DNA of 62,069 nt, counting the filler, from Deltaproteobacteria bacterium (lineage in GTDB: Bacteria; JACQOV01), in NCBI GenBank assembly GCA_016202395.1. It is 5 parts of 5 records of this genome, joined end to end, with 100 filler letters (N's around TTAATTAATTAA, not from the genome) between each part and the next. Parts side by side here need not be neighbours in the genome. Positions count along the whole stretch, not along the records: positions 1 to 8,922 come from JACQOV010000035.1; positions 9,023 to 16,641 come from JACQOV010000002.1; 3 more parts are not named here. One strand, written 5' to 3'. A program made the position numbers and the translations under genes. Each line of letters begins with the position of its first letter. The first letter of the stretch is position 1. The notes beneath the pieces were generated by a model. That model was given only the letters and a program-made list of their open reading frames with translations. It was not told the origin of the DNA and searched no databases. Below are positions 1 through 9,178 of this stretch, one piece after another.

Positions 1-118
1 GATGAGCAAAAAGCCCGGAAACGTACCTGGAAGGTACGTTGAGGACTTTTTGTGAAATCCGACGTAGTCGCAGGCCAGAGCATGATTTTGCAGTAGAAGA
101 TAGTTTTTAGAGGTGCCC
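1..118. repeat. Partial non-coding palindromic (MITE-like) element, right end only
   Basis: ACGTAC-CTGGAAG-GTACGT hairpin at 21-39 resembles the CGTAC...GTACG core of the 124-bp family; ends in TTTTAGAGGTGCCC; left end lies outside the window. Confidence 0.45.
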
Positions 119-150
119 GAAAGCCTGTTTCTTAACCGGAGGTATGTGCC

Positions 151-1392
151 ATGAGAAAAATGAGACGATTGTCATGGATCTGTTCCGGGTTACTGATGGT
201 TTTCCTTCTTCAAGCCATTGCAGAAGAGCTCAAGGAGGTTTACCGGGTAGAGAAAGGGGATACCCTATGGGGGATCTCAGGACGATTTTATGGAGATCCT
301 TATCGATGGTTAGATTTATGGCACAATAATCCTCACATGGCTAATCCAGATCTCATCTATCCAGGGGATTGTTTGGTTATTCGAGGAGCCGAGATTCCAG
401 GCAATGTCTATGTGGTGCAGAAAGGGGATACCTTGGGAAGCATTGCAGCCCAAGTTTATGGCGATGTTTCCCGTTGGCGAGAACTCTGGGAAAAGAACAA
501 GGGGGGAAGGAATCTTCTAAAAAATCCGAATCTCATCTACCCGTGGGATCGACTGGTTGTTCGCGATATCGAGGGGGAACCGAAGGCGGTGTTGCCTCCG
601 GAATGTGGTGAGGTTCTAGAGGGGGAGGTTCAAACCTCTTTCTTGGGAGATGTGGTTAAACTCAAGATTCCTGTGAGCAATAGGGGTTGGAGCCTGCGCA
701 ATGGATCTTTGGCGATAGGGTTGGGGCAGTCGGAAAACGATATCGATCTCGATGGCGACTCTGTGGGCATCGCAAGCACCAGCGCGGGTTACGTCTCTTA
801 CTATGTGGAAGCCGAGTATTTCTTTTACAAGCCTTGGGCTGTAGAGGTGACTGCGAATCGGGGATATCCCAATTATGATCTCGATTTGGGAGCTGCAGGG
901 GTGACCACACTGGATGCCACAGCGACAGAGTTTCAGGCGTTCCTGAAGTATCAGTTCACGATAGAGAGAGAGGGGAGAGTGATGACTTTATCTCCCAAGG
1001 TCGGTTTCGAGTGGCTTGATTTTGATATCGATGGAAGCGCCGTTGTTTTTGTTCCCGATTACCGATTCATGGGGGCCAGTGTTGGAGGGGAGGTCGATAT
1101 TCCGTTCACAAATCGGGTCTCCATGTTTACCTCCCTTCTCTACTTTCCCTATTTTCACTATCGTGAAGATCCTGAGATCTCTGGAGATGATTTGAGGAAA
1201 GGTTTTAGCGGCCAATTTGACTTGGGGTTCCGATGGTGGCTTCTCGATCAGTTGGTCGTTGAAGCCATGATCGATCATACCCAGTTTGGACAAGGTTTTT
1301 CTAATGGAACCCGAGGCGTTACCGCGTACAGCACGTTGGAACAGGATTTGCTGTATCGGTCGGGTCGGCTGGGACTCCGTTGGGTTTTCTAA
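151..1392 (+). CDS. Exported protein with two LysM domains and a probable C-terminal outer-membrane beta-barrel
   Basis: Signal peptide; two LysM motifs (YRVEKGDTLWGIS...NPDLIYPG, YVVQKGDTLGSIA...NPNLIYP); amphipathic strands ending GRLGLRWVF; GGAGGT RBS. Confidence 0.8.
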   Translation: MRKMRRLSWICSGLLMVFLLQAIAEELKEVYRVEKGDTLWGISGRFYGDPYRWLDLWHNNPHMANPDLIYPGDCLVIRGAEIPGNVYVVQKGDTLGSIAAQVYGDVSRWRELWEKNKGGRNLLKNPNLIYPWDRLVVRDIEGEPKAVLPPECGEVLEGEVQTSFLGDVVKLKIPVSNRGWSLRNGSLAIGLGQSENDIDLDGDSVGIASTSAGYVSYYVEAEYFFYKPWAVEVTANRGYPNYDLDLGAAGVTTLDATATEFQAFLKYQFTIEREGRVMTLSPKVGFEWLDFDIDGSAVVFVPDYRFMGASVGGEVDIPFTNRVSMFTSLLYFPYFHYREDPEISGDDLRKGFSGQFDLGFRWWLLDQLVVEAMIDHTQFGQGFSNGTRGVTAYSTLEQDLLYRSGRLGLRWVF

Positions 1393-1393
1393 T

Positions 1394-1518
1394 GCAAACG
1401 CAATAAATGCTGTTATACTTCGTTGCCCTCCTCGGCCACTCATTCAGCGTACGACGTAGAGTACGCTTCATTCGGGCCTCGTCGGGCGTCTCGTCTAACA
1501 GACATTTCTTGCGTTTGC
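1394..1518. repeat. 124-bp palindromic element, family A copy 1
   Basis: Terminal inverted repeats GCAAACGCAATAAATG / CATTTCTTGCGTTTGC; similar to 20032-20155 and 32741-32864. Confidence 0.9.
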
Positions 1519-1530
1519 GGATATTAGTTC

Positions 1531-3168
1531 ATGAATTGTTATGATGTTATTGTTATTGGTGGCGGAGTTAACGGCACTGGGACAGCTCGTGATTGCGCCA
1601 CTCGAGGGCTTAAAACCCTTTTGGTTGAGAAGAACGATTTCGGATCGGGGACCAGTGGTGCCTCCACCAGCATGATTCATGGAGGGCTTCGATACCTCCG
1701 AACCGATGTCAAAACCACTAAAACCTCTTGCCTCGATAGCGGCTATACCCAAAAGATTGCTCCCCATCTCCTTTGGCGGATCCCTTTCTTGATGCCGGTC
1801 TTCGGTTCTGGACTCCAAGCGAAAATCTACACCGAACTCGTGGAAACTTATTTAGAGGCCTACGACCATTTCTCTGTCCCTCTTAAAAATGGGAGATCTC
1901 ATACCCGTCTCGATCCCAACGAGGTTTATCGACTCGAGCCTGGATTGGCGGGGGGGATCCATGCCGCGTTGACTTTTGATGAGTGGGGAATTTATGCCCA
2001 CCGTTTGTGTGCTGTGAATGCCCTTTCCGCAGTAGAAAATGGAGCAGAGGCGCTCAATCATACCGAGGTGATGGGATTGGAGTGGGGAAGCGCTGAGGGG
2101 ATTACGGTTAAACTCAAAGATCGGCTCCAAAACACGACCTCCAAGGTTTTGGCAAAGGTGGTGGTGAATGCCACCGGCCCCTGGTCTCCTCAGGTGGCGG
2201 CGCTCGCCAAGGCGGAGGTGAAGCTTCGACCTGGAAAGGGGATTCATCTTGTTTCGGATCGGAGGGTTTCTAATATTGCCATTGTGGCAACCGCTGTCGA
2301 TGGACGGCAGATTTTTGTTCTCCCCTTCGGAAATTGTTCCATGATTGGGACCACCGATGATGATTACTATGGGGATCTCGACCTTCTGGTGGCCCATGAA
2401 GATGAGGTGGAATATCTTCTTCAGGGGATCGAGAAGGTTTTTCCGACGATCCGACAGTATCGTTGGACTCACACCACGGTTGGAGTGCGACCCACCCTTT
2501 TCGAATGGGGAAAAAATGAAGATGATCTCTATCGCGAGCACGCCATTTTTGATCATAGTTCGGAAGGGGCTCCAGGTCTCTTTTCGATCGCGGGGGGGAA
2601 GCTTGCGAGTTATCGATGGATGTCGGAGGAAATGGCCGATGTCGTAGCGAAGAAATTTGAGAATAAAAATCGATGCCGAACTCATATCGACCCTCTTCCA
2701 GGGGCTGAGGCCGAAGTGGATTTAAACGTTGTTTCAAGGAAGTATCAACTCCCCTTGTTTACGGTTTTAAAGCTTTATCATCGCCACGGGTGTCGTATCG
2801 AAGAGATCTTGAAGGAGACGGAATCGCATCCTTCCTGGAAGCGCGTTGTTTGTGTCTGTGAGCCGGTTTTAGAGGCGGAGGTTCGATATGTCATTCGGAA
2901 AGAGTGGGCTCGAAACTTAAGTGATATCGCCCGACGCACACGGTTGGGCTTGGGATCCTGTCAAGGAATCGATTGCGCAGTCCCCGCGGCGGCGATCTTA
3001 GCGGATGAACTTTCTCTGACGGCCCGGGAGATCGGAGCGGCGCTCCAGGCATTTTTTGAGGAGCGGTGGCGCTCCAAGGCCCCTGTTCTTCGTGGGCGAG
3101 AGCTTGCACAGGAGGAGATAACCCGTCATCTGCTGGGCCAATTAGAAGGGGAGTTGCAGCGATGTTAG
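1531..3168 (+). CDS. glpA: FAD-dependent glycerol-3-phosphate dehydrogenase, GlpA-type
   Basis: IGGGVNG FAD motif, GTSGASTSMIHGGLRYL, IAGGKLASYRWMSE, C-terminal CxCE...RRTRLGLGSCQG BFD-like Fe-S motif. Confidence 0.88.
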   Translation: MNCYDVIVIGGGVNGTGTARDCATRGLKTLLVEKNDFGSGTSGASTSMIHGGLRYLRTDVKTTKTSCLDSGYTQKIAPHLLWRIPFLMPVFGSGLQAKIYTELVETYLEAYDHFSVPLKNGRSHTRLDPNEVYRLEPGLAGGIHAALTFDEWGIYAHRLCAVNALSAVENGAEALNHTEVMGLEWGSAEGITVKLKDRLQNTTSKVLAKVVVNATGPWSPQVAALAKAEVKLRPGKGIHLVSDRRVSNIAIVATAVDGRQIFVLPFGNCSMIGTTDDDYYGDLDLLVAHEDEVEYLLQGIEKVFPTIRQYRWTHTTVGVRPTLFEWGKNEDDLYREHAIFDHSSEGAPGLFSIAGGKLASYRWMSEEMADVVAKKFENKNRCRTHIDPLPGAEAEVDLNVVSRKYQLPLFTVLKLYHRHGCRIEEILKETESHPSWKRVVCVCEPVLEAEVRYVIRKEWARNLSDIARRTRLGLGSCQGIDCAVPAAAILADELSLTAREIGAALQAFFEERWRSKAPVLRGRELAQEEITRHLLGQLEGELQRC

Positions 3169-4373
3169 ATGTTGTTGTCATCGGAGGAGGGGCCGCTGGC
3201 ACCCTGGCTGCCTTAAAATTGGCCTCGGCCTCTAAGAAGGTGGCCTTGGTTCGAAAAGGGTATGGAGCGCTAGCCCTTTGTCCTGGGGTTGTTCATCTCC
3301 CGCGAGGGAATGATAAGGGAGGGAGTTCTCTTCAGAATTCGATCGCGCTCTGGAGGAGCGCTTTAGAATCGGGGGGACTTATTTTAGAAGGGGGGTGGAC
3401 AGAGGATCTTTCTTTAATGAACGAGATGGGAAATATTCAGAGGCCTGCTTTTGCTCTCCAATCCTTGGCGCGAGGGGATTTGGCTCAGTGGAAAGGACAA
3501 AGAGTGGCTCTAGTGGATTTGGAAGGGCTCCATCACTTTCCTTTGGAGAGGATGCGTGAAGGGATCCTTAAGAATTTTGGAGGATTAAAGCAAACCGATA
3601 TTGAAATCCGATCTTTGCGATTTCGAGAGTGGAGCTCTTTTGGGGCTGTTCCTCTCGAGGTGGTAAGTCGTGGGATGGACGAGGTCGATCTTGCAATGAA
3701 GTTGGCGCAGAAGATTCGGGATCTTGTTCGTCGAGAACGGTTTGATCGAGTGGGGCTCCCCCCTATTTTGGGAGTGGAACGACACGTGGAAGTCTATTCT
3801 ATCGTTCAGGAGATCGTGGAGTATCCTTGTTTTGAATGGCTCCCTTTCTCATCGGGGGTGGTTGGATTACGGTGGCAGAGAGGGATCGACCCGGTTTTAG
3901 ATAAAAGGGGGATAGAGCGGATGGAGGCCAAGGTGGTTCAGCCGGTTTCTCACAAGCAAAGATTGTCTGGGGTTTATGTGGAGACCTCTCAGGGTCGAAG
4001 CGTTCTAGAGGCGCAAAATTTTATCTTGGCCACGGGCAAGTTTTTGGGTGGAGGGATCCCTTCCTCTCCTCCCTGGAAGGAATCGATTTTTGGGGCCCCG
4101 ATTTATTTGGGAAAAGAGCTGATGGGCTCACGTTCTGCTTATTCTTATCTGAATCCTTTGGCGCTACAGCCGCAGCCGATCTTTGCCTGTGGTTTGCGTG
4201 TCGATGAGCGGATGAGGCCTTTGAATGAGGAGGGGAGTCCTCTCTTTGAGAATCTTCATGCGGCAGGCAGTCTTTTGGCGGAGCATGATGATACCGGTTC
4301 TACGGGTGGAATGGGGTGTGCGTTGGCGTCGGGTTATCTTGCCGCCGAAGAGATTTTAGGAGGGTTGGCGTGA
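3162..4373 (+). CDS. glpB: Anaerobic glycerol-3-phosphate dehydrogenase subunit B-like flavoprotein
   Basis: DVVVIGGGAAG, ILATGKFLGGGI, GLRVDERMRP, NLHAAGSLL; overlaps glpA stop; start moved to ATG 3162. Confidence 0.8.
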   Translation: MLDVVVIGGGAAGTLAALKLASASKKVALVRKGYGALALCPGVVHLPRGNDKGGSSLQNSIALWRSALESGGLILEGGWTEDLSLMNEMGNIQRPAFALQSLARGDLAQWKGQRVALVDLEGLHHFPLERMREGILKNFGGLKQTDIEIRSLRFREWSSFGAVPLEVVSRGMDEVDLAMKLAQKIRDLVRRERFDRVGLPPILGVERHVEVYSIVQEIVEYPCFEWLPFSSGVVGLRWQRGIDPVLDKRGIERMEAKVVQPVSHKQRLSGVYVETSQGRSVLEAQNFILATGKFLGGGIPSSPPWKESIFGAPIYLGKELMGSRSAYSYLNPLALQPQPIFACGLRVDERMRPLNEEGSPLFENLHAAGSLLAEHDDTGSTGGMGCALASGYLAAEEILGGLA

Positions 4374-4813
4374 TTAAGAAAATTTGGGCCAATCTTTTTT
4401 TAGCATTCTTTCTTTTTCTTCATCTTTTGCGGAAACCCCTTCGGTGGTTTCGCCGCAAAGGGTGGCTTGCCAGCAACGCTTCGCGTAGCGATGCGGGCTG
4501 GCGAGATCAAGATTTCTTGCGCTATTACGCGGAGGATCATCTCCGTTCCTTGGCTCCGGCCGATCGCGAATGGTGGCCTCAAGCGAGTTCCTGTGTCCAT
4601 TGCGGTTTGTGCACCCTTGTTTCTCCAGGAGGTCAGGGGCGGCTCTTTGCTTTCGATCCTAGGAGCCTTGTTCTGGCGGAGTCCCGTTCCTCTACCGAAT
4701 TTTGGGCGGTTGCGGGGATCGATACCGCCTCCATTCGGAGAGCGGAAGAGATTTGTCCTTGGGATGTTCCTTTTTCAAAGATGGTTACTTTGGTGAAAAA
4801 TCTTGGGAAGTAG
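4370..4813 (+). CDS. Small Fe-S protein with N-terminal hydrophobic helix, in the GlpC position
   Basis: GTG overlapping glpB stop (GTGA); CVHCGLC and EICP motifs; no CCG domains. Confidence 0.65.
   Translation: MIKKIWANLFLAFFLFLHLLRKPLRWFRRKGWLASNASRSDAGWRDQDFLRYYAEDHLRSLAPADREWWPQASSCVHCGLCTLVSPGGQGRLFAFDPRSLVLAESRSSTEFWAVAGIDTASIRRAEEICPWDVPFSKMVTLVKNLGK
4469..4498. repeat. Short palindromic element in frame within the Fe-S gene
   Basis: GCCAGCAACGCTTCGCGTAGCGATGCGGGC hairpin, reads ASNASRSDAG. Confidence 0.55.
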
Positions 4814-4825
4814 AAGAGAGGCCCG

Positions 4826-5743
4826 ATGAACCCAGAGGAAATTTTGGTTATCGTCAATCCTCGTTCCGCCAACGGAACAACAGCCCAGGAGTGGCCTTAT
4901 CTTGAGAAGAGGATTCGCCAAGAGCTCGGGGCCCTCTCCGTGGTTTTAACTCGAGCTGCTGGAGAGGCAACCGAGATTGCGCGAAAAGGGGTCCAAGAGG
5001 GATTTCGAACCTTTATCGGAGTGGGAGGGGACGGGACGAACAACGAGATTGTAAACGGCTTCTTTGAAGGGGAGAGGCTTCTAGCCGAGGGGATTGCCTA
5101 TGGTCAGATCCCGAGAGGGACCGGTTGCGATTGGGTGAAGGTTTTAAAGATTCCTCGAGAAACCGATTCCGTTTTGATGCGATTGAAACAACGTCAGAAA
5201 AAACGGATTGATCTCGGAAAGATTACCTTTCTTAAAGACAATTCTTTGCGTTATTTTATTAATATCGCCGATTTTGGAATTGGAGGAGAGGCGGTCGATC
5301 GTGTTAACCGAACAACAAAACGATTTGGAGGATTTATCTCCTTTCTCGTGGGGACCGTATTAACAATTCTCAATTACAAAAATAAAAAAGTTTCCTTGAT
5401 TTCCGATGGAAATGATCTTGGAGAACAAACGATTTTTTCAGTCAATGTGGCTAACGGTCAGTATTTTGGAGGAGGGATGTGGATCGCTCCTCACGCTTTG
5501 ATTGATGATGGCTATTTCGATGTCGTCTGGGTTGAGGCTATGGGAACTCCGGAGACCTTAATCTCCATGTCAACGATTTATCGAGGAACTCACCTAAAGA
5601 ATCAAAAAATTCATGTGCTTAAAACCAAGAAATTAGAGGCCTATTCGGATGAAAAAGTTTTAATCGATGTGGATGGAGAACAAGTGGGGAATTTGCCGGC
5701 ACGGTTTGAGATTGTCCCCAAAGTGATCGATGTTTTCATATGA
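4826..5743 (+). CDS. Diacylglycerol kinase catalytic-domain (YegS/DgkB-like) lipid kinase
   Basis: IVNPRS, GVGGDGTNNEIVNG, IPRGTGCD, ANGQYFGGGM, DVDGE. Confidence 0.9.
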   Translation: MNPEEILVIVNPRSANGTTAQEWPYLEKRIRQELGALSVVLTRAAGEATEIARKGVQEGFRTFIGVGGDGTNNEIVNGFFEGERLLAEGIAYGQIPRGTGCDWVKVLKIPRETDSVLMRLKQRQKKRIDLGKITFLKDNSLRYFINIADFGIGGEAVDRVNRTTKRFGGFISFLVGTVLTILNYKNKKVSLISDGNDLGEQTIFSVNVANGQYFGGGMWIAPHALIDDGYFDVVWVEAMGTPETLISMSTIYRGTHLKNQKIHVLKTKKLEAYSDEKVLIDVDGEQVGNLPARFEIVPKVIDVFI

Positions 5744-5815
5744 TGTAAATCATGTCTTTCAGGCTTGACTCATCGCGTTAGCTATTATAAGCTTTGCGCC
5801 CATTGGAGTTTATCC

Positions 5816-6964
5816 ATGTTGACTATTGCCGTACCTAGAGAAATTGCTGCTCAAGAGAAACGAGTTTCGGCCACTCCCGAGACGGTCAAGAAGATGGCAT
5901 CGAAGGGGCTTCAGGTGAAGGTGCAATCGGGAGCGGGAGAGGGCTCCTTCATCTCCGATGCCGCTTTTCAGCAGGCGGGGGCTCTCTTAGAGAAAGATGT
6001 AAAATCCCTCTATGGAAGCGCTGATATCGTTTTGAAAGTTCAAGAGCCGATGGTGAGCGAAGTCCAATTTCTAAAAGAAGGGGCTGTGATCCTCTCTTTC
6101 TTTCAACCCTTGAGCAACCCAGATCTTGTTAAAAGTTTAGCCGCAAAAAAGATCAGTTCTTTTTCGATGGAACTGGTTCCACGAATAACGCGAGCGCAAA
6201 GTATGGATGCCTTAAGCTCGATGGCAACGGTTGCGGGATACAAGGCCGTTCTTTTGGCGGCTAATGAAAGTCCCAAATTATTTCCTCTTTTGATGACGGC
6301 CGCGGGAATGGTTCGGCCGGCCAAAGTATTTATTATTGGCGCAGGGGTGGCGGGGCTTCAAGCGATTGCAACCGCAAAACGCCTGGGGGCAGTCGTTCGA
6401 GCCTTTGACACCCGTCCCGTGGTTGCCGAACAAGTAAAGAGTTTAGGGGCCGAATTTGTCTCTCTCGGTGTGGAGCTTAAGCAGGAAGAGGCTCATGATA
6501 AAGGGGGCTATGCCAAAGAGCTCTCCGCGGATGTGCATCAAAAAGAACAAGCGATGCTTCAAAAAGAGGTGACTCAGGCCGATATCGTCATTACGACGGC
6601 GCTGATCCCTGGGAAGCGAGCCCCTATTTTGATCACAAAAGAGATGGTTTCTGGCATGCATGCTGGCTCCGTTGTTGTCGATCTTGCCGCTCCGCAAGGT
6701 GGAAATTGCGAGGGGACGAAACCTGGAGAAAAGGCAATCTCTAACAACGGTGTCATTATTTTAGGCTATTTAAATCTTCCAAGCCTCATGCCTGTGGATT
6801 CGAGTCAGATGTACGCTCGAAATCTTTTAAATTTTCTTTTCAACTTTTATCGGGATGGGAAAATAGAGATGCGCATGGAAGACGAAATTATTCAAGGAGC
6901 CCTTGTCACGCATCAAGGAGAAATCGTTCAGAAAGCGATCCGGGAGAAGCTCCAGATTGCCTGA
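5816..6964 (+). CDS. pntAA: NAD(P) transhydrogenase alpha subunit part 1
   Basis: EKRVSATPE, RAQSMDALSSMATVAGYKAV, IGAGVAGLQAIATA, GGYAKE; ATG 5816 with GGAG RBS. Confidence 0.95.
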   Translation: MLTIAVPREIAAQEKRVSATPETVKKMASKGLQVKVQSGAGEGSFISDAAFQQAGALLEKDVKSLYGSADIVLKVQEPMVSEVQFLKEGAVILSFFQPLSNPDLVKSLAAKKISSFSMELVPRITRAQSMDALSSMATVAGYKAVLLAANESPKLFPLLMTAAGMVRPAKVFIIGAGVAGLQAIATAKRLGAVVRAFDTRPVVAEQVKSLGAEFVSLGVELKQEEAHDKGGYAKELSADVHQKEQAMLQKEVTQADIVITTALIPGKRAPILITKEMVSGMHAGSVVVDLAAPQGGNCEGTKPGEKAISNNGVIILGYLNLPSLMPVDSSQMYARNLLNFLFNFYRDGKIEMRMEDEIIQGALVTHQGEIVQKAIREKLQIA

Positions 6965-6970
6965 GGAGAA

Positions 6971-7267
6971 GTGATGCTCGAAGAGCTGATTATTGGAATC
7001 AACATTTTTGTTCTAGCAACCTTTTTAGGAGTTGAGTTAATCCATCGTGTTCCTCCCATTCTCCATACTCCACTCATGTCTGGAGCCAACGCCATCTCTG
7101 GAATTACGATCGTTGGAGCGCTGATCAGTGTGGAGCTTGGATCCGCAGGATTGGCCAAGGCTTTCGGAGTGATGGCTATTATTTTCGCTATGATCAACGT
7201 GATAGGAGGATTTGCCGTGACGAATCGGATGCTTCGGATGTTTAAGAAACGTGAGAGTAAGAAATGA
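6971..7267 (+). CDS. pntAB: NAD(P) transhydrogenase alpha subunit part 2
   Basis: VPPILHTPLMSGANAISG, INVIGGFAVTNRML. Confidence 0.95.
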   Translation: MMLEELIIGINIFVLATFLGVELIHRVPPILHTPLMSGANAISGITIVGALISVELGSAGLAKAFGVMAIIFAMINVIGGFAVTNRMLRMFKKRESKK

Positions 7268-8640
7268 CAAAAGCGATTATTGAATTGGGATATCTGATCG
7301 CGGCAGTTCTTTTCGTTGTGGGGCTGAAGCAGCTGAGCTCTGTAGAGACAGCGCGTCGAGGCAACCTCCTAGGGGCTGTAGGGATGCTTATTGCCATTGT
7401 GATTACGCTCGTTCAAACGGGGATTCTTCAGTTTTCTCTGATTTTGCTCGGGCTTGTCGTGGGATCTGCCGTTGGACTCGTCATGGCCCTGAAAACGCCG
7501 ATGACAGGAATGCCTCAGATGGTTGCGCTTCTCAACGGTTTTGGGGGGGCTGCCTCCACGTTAGTTGCCACCTCGGAATATGTCACCAAAGGGACCTCTT
7601 TGGAGCTCGCCACGCTGATTACCGTTGCTTTAAGCGTGTTGGTCGGAGCTGTCACTTTTACAGGGAGTGTCATCGCTTTTGCAAAACTTCAGGAATGGAT
7701 GCCAGGACGCCCGATCCTATTCAAGTTTCAAAATTTTTCTAATCTCTTTTTATTTCTTCTCATTTTGGCTGTAGGTGTTTATTTTTTAGTTCATCCCGAT
7801 ATTTCAATCGCTCTCCATACCATCACGGTAGGCTCCCTTCTTTTAGGGGTGATGCTGGTTCTCCCCATCGGTGGAGCGGATATGCCAGTAGTCATCTCTC
7901 TTCTCAACTCTTATTCGGGGATTGCGGCCGCCTTAACCGGTTTCGTTTTGTCCAATCACGGTCTCATCATCACGGGAGCTCTCGTGGGATCCTCCGGAAT
8001 TATTCTATCGCAACTCATGTGCAAAGCGATGAACCGATCTTTAGCCAACGTCCTTTTTGGAGGATTTGGACAAGTGGCCGTGGATAAGAGCCCGGGGAAG
8101 CCTGCAGCGGCAAGACCTGTCCGCGAATGTTCCGTAGAAGACGCGGTGTTGCTATTAGAAAATGCACAACTTGTGATCGTCGTTCCAGGCTATGGAATGG
8201 CGGTTTCGCAAGCTCAGAGAACAGTGGCGGAGTTAGCTGAAATCCTTGAGAAAAAAGGGGTCACTGTGAAATACGCGATCCATCCTGTAGCGGGGCGCAT
8301 GCCAGGACATATGAACATCTTGCTGGCCGAAGCCAATGTCCCTTATGATCAACTTTATGAAATGGATACGATTAATCCCGAGTTTGAGAGCGCCGATGTC
8401 GCTTTGGTGGTGGGAGCCAACGATGTAACGAATCCCGCCGCCAGAGAAGATTCCAAGAGCCCTATTTACGGAATGCCAATCTTGGATACCGACAAAGCCA
8501 AGACAGTGATCGTCTGTAAACGGAGCATGAACCCCGGTTTTGCCGGAATTGATAACGAGCTTTATTATCGATCGAATACTTGCATGCTATTTGGTGACGC
8601 GAAAGCTTCGTTAAATAAAGTCGTCGCCGCTCTAAAATAA
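7264..8640 (+). CDS. pntB: NAD(P) transhydrogenase beta subunit
   Basis: MPQMVALLNGFGG, IGGADMPVVISLLNSYSG, IHPVAGRMPGHMN, GANDVTNP. Confidence 0.97.
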   Translation: MTKAIIELGYLIAAVLFVVGLKQLSSVETARRGNLLGAVGMLIAIVITLVQTGILQFSLILLGLVVGSAVGLVMALKTPMTGMPQMVALLNGFGGAASTLVATSEYVTKGTSLELATLITVALSVLVGAVTFTGSVIAFAKLQEWMPGRPILFKFQNFSNLFLFLLILAVGVYFLVHPDISIALHTITVGSLLLGVMLVLPIGGADMPVVISLLNSYSGIAAALTGFVLSNHGLIITGALVGSSGIILSQLMCKAMNRSLANVLFGGFGQVAVDKSPGKPAAARPVRECSVEDAVLLLENAQLVIVVPGYGMAVSQAQRTVAELAEILEKKGVTVKYAIHPVAGRMPGHMNILLAEANVPYDQLYEMDTINPEFESADVALVVGANDVTNPAAREDSKSPIYGMPILDTDKAKTVIVCKRSMNPGFAGIDNELYYRSNTCMLFGDAKASLNKVVAALK

Positions 8641-8677
8641 GCCCCTTGTCTCACCGCTTTCTTGTAGCACTTCCTTT

Positions 8678-8922
8678 TCGCTCACACACGAGTTTTTTGA
8701 CTCCTCTAGGGGGAGGCAGGTCTCTGAACTCGCTAGCATTTCTCGCCTAGCCACTGTAAGCTTCGCAAAGCAGCTACGTCCCCCGATTTCACCCCGGAGG
8801 AACGCGCACGGAAAGGATAGGTTTCACGGATCGACACCGACTGTGGGCCATCCGCTCTGCTGCTTTGCTCAGCAACAGTGGCACGGCTCGAAATGAACCG
8901 CTCGTTCAGAGACCTACCTCCC
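8678..8922. repeat. Large palindromic element, family B, cut by contig end
   Basis: GGGAGGCAGGTCTCTGAAC / GTTCAGAGACCTACCTCCC inverted pair plus an inner inverted pair; matches 34821-34923 and 62008-62069. Confidence 0.85.
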
Positions 8923-9022
8923 NNNNNNNNNNNNNNNNNNNNNNNNNNNNNNNNNNNNNNNNNNNNTTAATTAATTAANNNNNNNNNNNNNNNNNNNNNN
9001 NNNNNNNNNNNNNNNNNNNNNN
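8923..9022. other. Artificial contig linker
   Basis: N-run with central TTAATTAATTAA all-frame stop. Confidence 0.99.
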
Positions 9023-9178
9023 AATGGTTGATTGAATATAACTTCCATCGACCCCATCAGGCCCTGGGATATCAAACCCCCATCGCCTTCCATTACCAAC
9101 ATCATAAAGTGTTACCGATGTACCCGTCCAGTACACGTATTTGTTATTTGCGTTGTTTTTAAAGTATACTATAGATAA

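Noticed and set aside
5816-8640. Split transhydrogenase alpha subunit as a pseudogene
   Set aside because: The three-gene pntAA-pntAB-pntB form is well known and each gene is intact.
8923-9022. TTAATTAATTAA palindrome within N-runs (four occurrences)
   Set aside because: Identical 100-nt artificial linkers, not biological. ORFs running into them have artefactual ends.
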